Source: Dehalococcoidia bacterium (lineage in GTDB: Bacteria > Chloroflexota > Dehalococcoidia > SZUA-161 > SpSt-899). From it: DNA of 64,000 nt. Positions 44,908 to 52,897 of this stretch are shown here, piece after piece (the first letter of the stretch is position 1; each line of letters starts with the position of its first letter). The translations under genes and the position numbers were made by a program. The stretch covers positions 2,729 to 66,728 of the forward strand of contig JBKGZM010000001.1 of assembly GCA_046545575.1 (NCBI GenBank), given 5' to 3'. Under the pieces are notes generated by a model, which saw only the letters and a program-made list of their open reading frames with translations, was not told the DNA's origin and did no database searches.

Positions 44908-45296
44908 AATCGATGCTCAAGCCTGAATTAGAGCATCCACCTTCGGCGTGTTAAGGAAAGGCAGAGTGAGGATACAAGCTGACACAAAAGCCTTGACAGG
45001 GCCGTGGGTGAATGTTTAGAGAGATATTGCCACAGCCAGCCTCTTAGCCCAGCGGAAGGATTTATCCTGAGATACTGCGTAAAATAGCCCAAAAGGAGAT
45101 CCCTGCGGTAACTTCCGCTTCTAATCCCACAGCGTGAGGATAGACTACCCGGTGACTGCGGCATAACTGCGCTTGGGTTCATCGGGAAGGGTTAGAACCA
45201 ACAACTGCTCCCACGTGTACAAATAGGAGAAAGGGATTGGTAGCTGAAACCCCAGGGATTGCCGAATACGTCGACAGATAGAGTAAAGAGTAAGAC

Positions 45297-46292
45297 ATGT
45301 TACTCCAGTTCTTCATAGTTCTAAAGGATTACCTGATCGAGGTACTGCCGTACCTGGTCGCGGGTTTGCTCCTCAGTGGATTCATCAATGAGTTCGTCCC
45401 ATCCCGCTGGGTAGAGGCCCACCTGGGGAAGAAAGGGATAAAGCCACTTGCCTATTCCGCCATGGCAGGGACAGTCCTCCCGATCTGCTGCATAGGTTCT
45501 CTGCCCGTGGCTGTAAGCCTTCACCAAAAGGGAGCGAGGCTGGGAGCGGTGTTGGCCTTCCTGGTGGCAACCCCAGCCACATCCCTGACTGCCCTTTTGG
45601 TCACTTACGGACTCCTGGGTTTGAAGTTCACTATTTTCATCTTCTTCTCCGTAATAGCCATCGGGCTGGTGATGGGTTTGGTGGGAAACTTGATCAAAAT
45701 CCAGCCCAGGACCTGCGCTCAGGACCAGCAGGCTACAGATCCTGTCTGCGGGATGACGGTTCAGAAAGGGACCTCGCCTTCGACGGAATATGGCGGGGAG
45801 ATGTACTACTTTTGTTGTCCCCATTGCCAGCAAGAGTTCGAATCCAACCCGCAGGGGTTTTCATCAAGCCATTCACGCAGTATTGCCCATCGCGCGAAAC
45901 ACGCGTTACGGTACGGTTTCGTCGATATGGTGAGGGATATCGGCCCCCACATGCTCCTGGGACTTGTGCTCGCTGCGCTGGTCGCCGCGATAACCCCAGT
46001 CGGAAACTTCGTCGGCGCTCACCTGGGTGGCGGGCTGGGGTACCTCTTTAGCCTTGTGTTCGGCATCCTCATGTACATTTGCTCGACTGCCAGTGTTCCC
46101 CTGGTCCATGCATTCGTGGCACAGGGATTAAATATCGGAGCTGGCATGGTGCTTCTCCTGGTTGGGCCAGTCACCAGCTGGTCGACTATCCTGGTGTTGA
46201 GGAAAGAGTTCGGGAACGTGACGCTGCTTGTCTATTTAGCGGTCATCAGCGTAATGTCCCTGGCTTTGGGGTTCTGCTTTTCCCTGATATGA
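45297..46292 (+). CDS. Permease (DUF318 / SO_0444-like metal transporter) with an embedded YHS/TRASH metal-binding domain
   Basis: Polytopic membrane protein. The central soluble segment DPVCGMTVQKGTSPSTEYGGEMYYFCCPHCQQEF is a YHS/TRASH-type motif. Confidence 0.7.
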   Translation: MLLQFFIVLKDYLIEVLPYLVAGLLLSGFINEFVPSRWVEAHLGKKGIKPLAYSAMAGTVLPICCIGSLPVAVSLHQKGARLGAVLAFLVATPATSLTALLVTYGLLGLKFTIFIFFSVIAIGLVMGLVGNLIKIQPRTCAQDQQATDPVCGMTVQKGTSPSTEYGGEMYYFCCPHCQQEFESNPQGFSSSHSRSIAHRAKHALRYGFVDMVRDIGPHMLLGLVLAALVAAITPVGNFVGAHLGGGLGYLFSLVFGILMYICSTASVPLVHAFVAQGLNIGAGMVLLLVGPVTSWSTILVLRKEFGNVTLLVYLAVISVMSLALGFCFSLI

Positions 46293-46356
46293 TAAACCCT
46301 GAATGGCTTGAAGAAGTCGACAAGTTTATGCTAAATATAGCATCGGAGGAAATTAC

Positions 46357-47073
46357 ATGCTAGAAGTGAGCCAGCTCCACTACAGATCAAACGGACACGT
46401 CATTGTCGACGAGCTTACCCTTTCCATCGGGAAACAGGAGATACACGCCATTATAGGCGCAAACGGCACCGGTAAAACCACGCTTGCCTATCTGGTAATG
46501 GGCATCTATTCCCCTTTCGCGGGCAGCATCTTGTTTGAGGGCGAGGATATCACGGCATACTCCATTTCTGAAAGGGCTCAAAAGGGAATAACCCTAGCCT
46601 GGCAGGACCCCGCAAGGTTCGAGGGACTGAAAGTAGAGGAATACCTGAAGCTTTCCGACAAGAAGGGCTCACGGGGCATCGAGGATTACCTCTCAATGGT
46701 GGGGCTGTTACCTTCCCAGTTCATGAATCGCACGGTCGACGAAAACCTCAGTGGAGGAGAGAGAAGGAGAGTGGAACTCGCCGCTGTACTGGCCATGCAG
46801 CCCAAGCTCGCCATTCTGGACGAGGTGGACTCTGGAATAGATGTGGCCTCGCTGCCTTACATAATGGATGGCGTATCCGCAATGAGGAGCCAGGGGTCCT
46901 CGGTACTCTTGATTACTCACAGCAAGGATGCGCTTGATATAGCGGACAAGGCATCTCTCCTGTGTGCGGGGAGGGTGTTGCAGACCAGTTCCCCGGAGGA
47001 AATGTCACAATGGTTCGGCGACCATTGCGTGATCTGCAACCATGTCAACGTGCCCGAGGAAGGAAGTGCATAA
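46357..47073 (+). CDS. sufC: Fe-S cluster assembly ATPase SufC
   Basis: GANGTGKTT, LSGGERRRVE and ILDEVDSGIDV. Confidence 0.85.
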   Translation: MLEVSQLHYRSNGHVIVDELTLSIGKQEIHAIIGANGTGKTTLAYLVMGIYSPFAGSILFEGEDITAYSISERAQKGITLAWQDPARFEGLKVEEYLKLSDKKGSRGIEDYLSMVGLLPSQFMNRTVDENLSGGERRRVELAAVLAMQPKLAILDEVDSGIDVASLPYIMDGVSAMRSQGSSVLLITHSKDALDIADKASLLCAGRVLQTSSPEEMSQWFGDHCVICNHVNVPEEGSA

Positions 47074-47074
47074 T

Positions 47075-48028
47075 ATGGTTCTCACCAGGGAGGAAGAATA
47101 CCGGAAGATCGTCGAGGCCTACGGAGATGCCGGCGGAAATACCGGCCTGCTGGGAGATAAGCAGGTCGCAAATATGGTAGTTCATGAAAACCGGGTCCTG
47201 AACGCCAATGAGGTAGAGGGGATAAGCCTGAAATCGGAATCGACGGAACGGGGAGTGGCTCTCAAACTCACGGTCGAGGAGGGCAGAAAGATAGAACATC
47301 CCGTCCATCTTTGCTTCGGCATGTTGCCACAGGAAGGGTTGCAGGAAATAGATTTGAAGATGAACGTTCAGGACGGCTCCGAGGTAAACATAATCGCCCA
47401 TTGTGTCTTCCCCAACGCAATCGACATCACCCACAAGATGGATGCCGACATAAAAATCGGTAACAATGCCGTATTTTCCTACAGTGAAACCCACTACCAC
47501 GGAGACCATGGCGGCATCAATGTAATTCCAAAGGCGCGAGTCGAAGTGGGTGAGAACAGCGTGTACCGGAATACCTTTGCCCTGATAAAGGGCCAGGTTG
47601 GGAAGCTGGACTTCGACTACGAGACGCTGTGTGGGCGGAAAAGCAACACTGAACTGGTCGCTAAAGTATACGGGAAGGCCCGGGACAGCATAAGGATAGC
47701 GGAGAAGGTTCACCTGAACGGGGAGGAAGCGAAAAGCCTGATAAAGAGCCGACTTGTCCTGAGGGATAAAGCATGGGCGGAAGTCGTCGGGGAGACCTAT
47801 GGCAATGCGCCGCTGGCCCGCGGGCATGTGGACTGCAACGAAATCGTCGATGGTGACGAGGCCGTCGCCAGGGCCATCCCCATTGTGTCCGTGAGCAACA
47901 GGCAGGCCAAGGTTACCCACGAGGCGGCGATAGGCAGCATTGACAAGAAACAGATGCAGACACTCATGGCCCGCGGATTGAGCGAGGAAGAGGCCATTAA
48001 CGTGATCGTGCGAGGGATGCTGGCTTGA
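47075..48028 (+). CDS. sufB: SufB/SufD family Fe-S assembly protein
   Basis: C-terminal beta-helix segment GHVDCNEIV..AIPIVSVSNRQAKVTHEAAIGSIDKKQMQTLMARGLSEEEA. ATG 47075 lies directly after the sufC stop. Confidence 0.8.
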   Translation: MVLTREEEYRKIVEAYGDAGGNTGLLGDKQVANMVVHENRVLNANEVEGISLKSESTERGVALKLTVEEGRKIEHPVHLCFGMLPQEGLQEIDLKMNVQDGSEVNIIAHCVFPNAIDITHKMDADIKIGNNAVFSYSETHYHGDHGGINVIPKARVEVGENSVYRNTFALIKGQVGKLDFDYETLCGRKSNTELVAKVYGKARDSIRIAEKVHLNGEEAKSLIKSRLVLRDKAWAEVVGETYGNAPLARGHVDCNEIVDGDEAVARAIPIVSVSNRQAKVTHEAAIGSIDKKQMQTLMARGLSEEEAINVIVRGMLA

Positions 48029-48495
48029 AAACGTTGATCCTGGGGCTGGGGAATTCGATTCGTTGCGATGATGGCGTGGGCAACCGGGTTGCACAGGCAC
48101 TGGAGGAGGAGTTCCATGGCTCATCGGTGAAGGTTATGGAAGCCAATGCCGACGGGCTTGCGCTGCTTGATCTGCTACCAGGTTATGACCGGGCTATCAT
48201 CATCGACGCTATTGAAACGCCGCAGGGGACGCCGGGGCAGATATACAGACTGGACAAGCAGGAGCTTATTTCATATGACTACGCTCCCACGACCCATAAC
48301 ATCGGCATAGGCACTGCTTTACAGTTGGGGACCAAACTCGGAATCCCGCTGCCTGAGGAAGTCATCATCTTCGCCGTGGAGGTAGGGGATATAATTTCCT
48401 TCAGTCAGGAATTGACCCCACAGGTCGAGGAGGCAGTCCCGCGGGTTATTGAGCTAATACTGCAAGAGGTAGCGCAAAAGTCACCGGAGCACTAG
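48025..48495 (+). CDS. [NiFe] hydrogenase maturation endopeptidase (HycI/HoxW/FrhD family)
   Basis: LILGLGNSIRCDDGVG..IIIDA. The TTG start overlaps the sufB/D stop. Confidence 0.85.
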   Translation: MKTLILGLGNSIRCDDGVGNRVAQALEEEFHGSSVKVMEANADGLALLDLLPGYDRAIIIDAIETPQGTPGQIYRLDKQELISYDYAPTTHNIGIGTALQLGTKLGIPLPEEVIIFAVEVGDIISFSQELTPQVEEAVPRVIELILQEVAQKSPEH

Positions 48496-48523
48496 TACTA
48501 TGGTGCCCTAATTGAGGAAGACC

Positions 48524-48865
48524 ATGCACGAACTTCCGATTACCGAAAGCATCGTCAAAATCGCGCTGGACAAGGCTAACGAAGAACAGGCCAGCAAGAT
48601 CTACGAGATAAAACTGGTTCTTGGAGAGCTGTCGGGATTTGTTCCCGATTGTATCCGGTTCTATTTCGATTTCCTGAGTAAAGACACAATCGCCGAAAAC
48701 GCAACTCTCGACTTCGAATCGGTCCCAGCCGAACTCCGCTGCAGGGATTGTTCCACTGTCTCTCATCCCGAGGACAACGAGTGGATCTGTCCAAATTGCC
48801 ATGGCTGGAACGTCGAGATACTCAAAGGTCGAGAGCTATATATACAAAGCATGGAGGTAGAATGA
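48524..48865 (+). CDS. hypA: Hydrogenase nickel incorporation protein HypA
   Basis: MHELPITESIV... with CRDC...CPNC zinc motifs. Confidence 0.9.
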   Translation: MHELPITESIVKIALDKANEEQASKIYEIKLVLGELSGFVPDCIRFYFDFLSKDTIAENATLDFESVPAELRCRDCSTVSHPEDNEWICPNCHGWNVEILKGRELYIQSMEVE

Positions 48866-49536
48866 GAAAGATAGATGTAGTGCAGAATGTTATGGAGGCT
48901 AACGACACTATAGCCGGGAGAAACCAGGAACTGCTGAACAAACACGGGGTTTTTGCAGTTAACATAATGTCATCCCCGGGTGGCGGAAAGACAAGTCTTA
49001 TCCTCCAGACTATGGCAAAGCTGAAGGACGAGGCCAGGATAGCTGTCATCGAGGGAGACGTCGCCTCCACAGTGGATGCCGAAAAGGTAAGGAATGATGC
49101 AGTTGAAGTGGTCCAGCTAAACACGAGGAACATGCCGGAGAGCTGCTCCCTTATGGCAGTCATGCTTGATGAAGCGATCAAGGACATGCCACTGGATGAT
49201 ATAGACCTGCTGCTCGTGGAAAACGTGGGGAATCTTATCTGCCCCTCGGAATTCATCCTGGGAGAGCATAAGCGAGTGGTGATCTCCAGCTTGCCGGAGG
49301 GAGATGACAAACCGGCCAAGTACCCTGTTATGTTCACCGACGCCGACGCGGTTATCATAAACAAGATCGATTTCGTGCCTTACGTTGAGTTCGACTTGCC
49401 CGGCTTCCGCAGCGCGGTTGAAGGCCTCAATCCCGATATTACTTTCTTCGAGGTCTCATGTAAGACCGGCGAGGGAATCGACGACTGGTGCTCCTGGCTG
49501 CTTGACGAGTCGAAGCGTGTCACCGGGCAAGTCTAA
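48862..49536 (+). CDS. hypB: Hydrogenase nickel incorporation GTPase HypB
   Basis: P-loop SPGGGKTS and ENVGNLICP. The ATG overlaps the hypA stop as ATGA. Confidence 0.9.
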   Translation: MRKIDVVQNVMEANDTIAGRNQELLNKHGVFAVNIMSSPGGGKTSLILQTMAKLKDEARIAVIEGDVASTVDAEKVRNDAVEVVQLNTRNMPESCSLMAVMLDEAIKDMPLDDIDLLLVENVGNLICPSEFILGEHKRVVISSLPEGDDKPAKYPVMFTDADAVIINKIDFVPYVEFDLPGFRSAVEGLNPDITFFEVSCKTGEGIDDWCSWLLDESKRVTGQV

Positions 49537-49581
49537 TCTCCTGCCGAAAAGCATTTAACTTTTGCCGTAAGTGAATCCCAT

Positions 49582-49619
49582 GGGGGTAGAGGAGACCGAT
49601 GTCGGCCTCCTCTACCCCC
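49582..49619. repeat. REP-like GC-rich palindrome, related to 31701-31734
   Basis: GGGGGTAGAGGAGACCGATGTCGGCCTCCTCTACCCCC. It shares GGGTAG..CCGAyGTCGGCC..CTACCC with the 31701 palindrome. Confidence 0.7.
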
Positions 49620-49662
49620 GTTACAATATTCCTTTGTCCTGATCCCCTCTCCGTGTCGAGGT

Positions 49663-49714
49663 GGGTAGGGGAGGCTTTAGCCTCCCCCGAGGGCGAATAA
49701 ATTCGCCCCTACCC
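49663..49714. repeat. Composite REP-like element (two hairpins bracketed by GGGTA / TACCC)
   Basis: GGGGAGGC-TTTA-GCCTCCCC and GGGCGAA-TAAA-TTCGCCC, flanked by GGGTAGG...CCTACCC. Confidence 0.6.
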
Positions 49715-49840
49715 TTTGGGTCGAATGGGATGTGAGGTGGAGATGATTAAGGAGACTAATGCTGCTACAATAACTATAGATACCTAACAACATAGTGCGA
49801 GGCCCTTACGCAGCTATCAGGAAGAAGTGGGTAGTGAATA

Positions 49841-52180
49841 ATGAAAACACTTGAATCAGTTCAAATCACCGTCAGAGGCATTGTCCAGGGCGTTGGCTTC
49901 AGGCCCTTCGTGTACGGACTGGCCACACAGCACGGGCTTAACGGGTGGGTTTACAATACCTCGGAGGACGTCAGGATAGAGGTTGAGGGTGAACCACAGA
50001 GGATCGAACAATTCTGCTTCAACCTGAAGGCCAAGGCTCCTCCTCTGGCCCGTATCGAAGAACTGACCGTTACCCATACCCAGCCATCTGGCTATACAGC
50101 ATTTGAAATTAGGCACAGCGTCGCCGAAGAAGGCAAATACCAGCTCATCTCACCCGACATAGCCATGTGTAAAGACTGCCTGAGCGAACTCCTGAACCCA
50201 TCCGACAGACGCTATCGCTACCCCTTTACCAACTGTACAAATTGCGGTCCGCGCTTTACCATAATCGAAGATATGCCGTACGACCGGCCCAAGACAACCA
50301 TGCGCTCCTTTATCATGTGCCCGGAGTGTCAGGAGGAATACGACAACCCGCTGGACCGCCGCTTTCATGCCCAGCCAAATGCCTGTCCCACGTGTGGTCC
50401 TCAGGTTCAACTCCTCGACAGCCAGGGTAGTCCTGTCCCCGCGAGCGAATCCTACCCGGATGTCCCGGCTCGCGCTGCTCAACTCTTCAGAAAAGGAAAT
50501 ATCCTTGCGATAAAAGGGCTGGGAGGATTCCTTTTAGCCTGTGATGCCACCAACGAGTCAACGGTAAAGACCTTAAGAGAAAGGAAACGGCGGCCATCCA
50601 AGCCCTTCGCCATAATGGTTGCGGATATCGACGAAGCCAGGCAACACTGCGTGGTCGGCCCGAAAGAGGAAGAGGTGCTCAGGTCGCCTCAGAGCCCCAT
50701 TGTGCTTTTGAAGTGGAGGGAATCCCTCCTAAATCCCCCTTTCATAAAGGGGGAAACAGAGGGGTTATCCGGTATCTCCCCGGCAGTAGCTCCAAACCTG
50801 AAGTATCTGGGAGTGATGCTGCCGTATACTCCTCTCCATCACCTCCTGATTCGGGACACAGGTTTGCCGCTTGTAATGACGAGCGGAAATCTCAGCGAAG
50901 AGCCCATTGCCAAAGATAACGACGAGGCTCTGGAGAGGCTTGCGGGGATTGCTGATTACTTCCTGGTTCACAACAGGGATATCTACTCCCGATACGACGA
51001 CAGTGTGGCCATGGTGGAAAGGGAGCAGATTCAGCTTGTCCGGCGAGCCCGGAGCTACGCTCCGTTTCCAATAACACTACCTTTCGAGGCCAGACAGGCA
51101 CTCGGCTGCGGAGCCGAGATGAAGAATACCTTCTGCCTGACCAGGGATAATTATGCCTTCCTTTCCCAGCACATCGGCGATCTGGAAAACATAGAAGCCC
51201 TGGACCACTTCGACAATACTATCTCGCTGTATAAGAGGCTTTTCCGCGTCGAACCCGAGATCATCGGCTACGACCTTCATCCGGAATACCTTGCCACAAA
51301 GTACGCTCAGGACCTCAGGGAGTCGGGGGTGAAGCTTGTGCCCGTGCAGCACCACCACGCTCATATCGTGAGTTGCATGGTCGATAACGGGATTGATACC
51401 CCTGTTATTGGTGTGGCTCTGGACGGTACCGGTATGGGGACTGATAAGCACATCTGGGGAGGAGAGTTTCTGGTGGCTGACTTCCGGAACTTCACGAGAG
51501 CAGGGCACCTGCAGTACCTGCCGCTCCCGGGCGGGGATGCAGCCATAAAGAGGCCCTGTCGCATAGCTGTGGGTTATGTCGCCAGGCTGCTCGGGGAGAA
51601 AGCCCTGGAAGGGTTGTCCTTCATGCAGCAGGTGAGCGAAACGGAGGCGGAGATCGTTAAACGCCAGGTAGAGAAGGGTTTGAACTCCCCCCTTACCTCC
51701 AGCATGGGTCGACTTTTTGACGCAGTATCGGCCCTCATCGGAATAAGGGCGGAGATAGGCTACGAAGGGCAGGCAGCGGTGGAGCTGGAAATGGCCACTT
51801 ACGGGAACCACGTTGAGGAAATACAGAGCTACCCGTTTTACATAATCCACGAGGATGGTACGAGAACAGTACAGGTGGAGCCTTTGCTGGCATCGGTTAT
51901 CGAGGACCTGAAGCGAGGGGTCTCACAGGGGGAAATTTCCCTTAAATTCCACGAGACCATAGCGGAAATGGTGAATGAGATGTGCTGTTTGATAGCCAGT
52001 GAAACAGGCGTTGGCAGGGTTGCCCTGAGCGGGGGCGTATTCCAGAATCGACTGCTACTGAGAAGGTCGGTGGAGATGCTGGAGGAGAACGGATTTCAGG
52101 TCTTTACCCACAGCCAGGTGCCGTGCAATGACGGCGGCATCTCACTCGGACAGGCCGTCATCGCCAATTTCGGTGGGTGA
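49841..52180 (+). CDS. hypF: [NiFe] hydrogenase maturation carbamoyltransferase HypF
   Basis: Acylphosphatase domain (GIVQGVGFRPFVY), two zinc-finger pairs (CKDC..CTNCGPRFT; CPEC..CPTCGP), a YrdC-like domain and a Kae1-like domain (GVALDGTGMGTD). Confidence 0.95.
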   Translation: MKTLESVQITVRGIVQGVGFRPFVYGLATQHGLNGWVYNTSEDVRIEVEGEPQRIEQFCFNLKAKAPPLARIEELTVTHTQPSGYTAFEIRHSVAEEGKYQLISPDIAMCKDCLSELLNPSDRRYRYPFTNCTNCGPRFTIIEDMPYDRPKTTMRSFIMCPECQEEYDNPLDRRFHAQPNACPTCGPQVQLLDSQGSPVPASESYPDVPARAAQLFRKGNILAIKGLGGFLLACDATNESTVKTLRERKRRPSKPFAIMVADIDEARQHCVVGPKEEEVLRSPQSPIVLLKWRESLLNPPFIKGETEGLSGISPAVAPNLKYLGVMLPYTPLHHLLIRDTGLPLVMTSGNLSEEPIAKDNDEALERLAGIADYFLVHNRDIYSRYDDSVAMVEREQIQLVRRARSYAPFPITLPFEARQALGCGAEMKNTFCLTRDNYAFLSQHIGDLENIEALDHFDNTISLYKRLFRVEPEIIGYDLHPEYLATKYAQDLRESGVKLVPVQHHHAHIVSCMVDNGIDTPVIGVALDGTGMGTDKHIWGGEFLVADFRNFTRAGHLQYLPLPGGDAAIKRPCRIAVGYVARLLGEKALEGLSFMQQVSETEAEIVKRQVEKGLNSPLTSSMGRLFDAVSALIGIRAEIGYEGQAAVELEMATYGNHVEEIQSYPFYIIHEDGTRTVQVEPLLASVIEDLKRGVSQGEISLKFHETIAEMVNEMCCLIASETGVGRVALSGGVFQNRLLLRRSVEMLEENGFQVFTHSQVPCNDGGISLGQAVIANFGG
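50717..50772. repeat. Imperfect palindromic element lying in frame inside hypF
   Basis: Core TCCCCCTTT-CAT-AAAGGGGGA (50734-50754) with imperfect flanks GGAATCCCTC / GAGGGGTTATCC. It encodes ESLLNPPFIKGETEGLSG in the linker between PIVLL and VAPN. Confidence 0.35.
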
Positions 52181-52228
52181 ACAGACGGGTAGGCGGGCTG
52201 CCTTTGGTCGGAGTGACGTTTTTGATGG

Positions 52229-52723
52229 TTATTCCAACACCTTTGCATATAGATAGCAGTCGAAGTATGTGCCGTTTATCACCATGCGCTTCCGGAGTAA
52301 ACCCTCTTTTTCGTATCCGCAATTTATCGCTACCTGTTCACTGGCCTTATTCTCAGTGGCAATAACCAGTTCTAACCTGATCAGCTCCAATTTCCTGAAA
52401 GCGTAATCCTCTATCTGTCGCAGTGCCGCCGTGGCTATTCCCATTCCCCAGTATGCCTCGTCAACAAAGTAGCCTGCCTCGCCTATATGCGGGAAGTGAA
52501 AATTGATTCTCACACCCACGCCGCCGACGAGTTCCCCATCACAGAGTATCGCGAAATTGAACTCCGACCCTTCTTTTCTTCTCTGCTCACTCTGCCGGAG
52601 GAATTGTTCTTCCTCCTCCAGGCTTCTCACATTTATCGGGAAGTAGGCGAATCTGGGATTGGAGAGTATCTCCCAAAACCATTTGGCATCTGAACCCTTT
52701 GATGGGCGAATCTCCACTTTCAT
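52229..52723 (-). CDS. GNAT family N-acetyltransferase (RimJ/RimL-like)
   Basis: FAILCDGELVGGVGV..GYFVDEAYWGMGIATAAL. ATG 52723 has AGGAG 10 nt upstream. Confidence 0.8.
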   Translation of the reverse strand: MKVEIRPSKGSDAKWFWEILSNPRFAYFPINVRSLEEEEQFLRQSEQRRKEGSEFNFAILCDGELVGGVGVRINFHFPHIGEAGYFVDEAYWGMGIATAALRQIEDYAFRKLELIRLELVIATENKASEQVAINCGYEKEGLLRKRMVINGTYFDCYLYAKVLE

Positions 52724-52810
52724 AAGCGATGCTCCTGCTCCGTTTTTCCTTCCAAGCTTGCAGAATATAGCACAAGCGTTACTGCAAATCAAATGATCAA
52801 CTTACAAACC

Positions 52811-52840
52811 TTGACGAAGTCCGTATGTTTCATGTATAAG
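52811..52840 (+). promoter_or_regulatory. Sigma-70-like promoter of the molybdoenzyme operon
   Basis: TTGACG, an 18-nt spacer and TATAAG, about 58 nt upstream of ATG 52898. Confidence 0.4.
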
Positions 52841-52897
52841 ACAAATGGCGTGTAATACTCGTCGCCACCGAAACGGATACCAAGGAGGAGCACACGC

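Noticed and set aside
44928-45182. An 84-aa minus-strand ORF in the permease leader
   Set aside because: It has no RBS, is Ser/Leu/Arg-rich, and lies in a region better explained as a structured 5' leader.
47045-48124. A 359-aa ORF on the minus strand
   Set aside because: It is fully antisense to the well-supported sufB/D and hydrogenase protease genes. Its Pro/Arg/Gly/His-rich composition has no recognisable motifs, so it is a typical shadow ORF.
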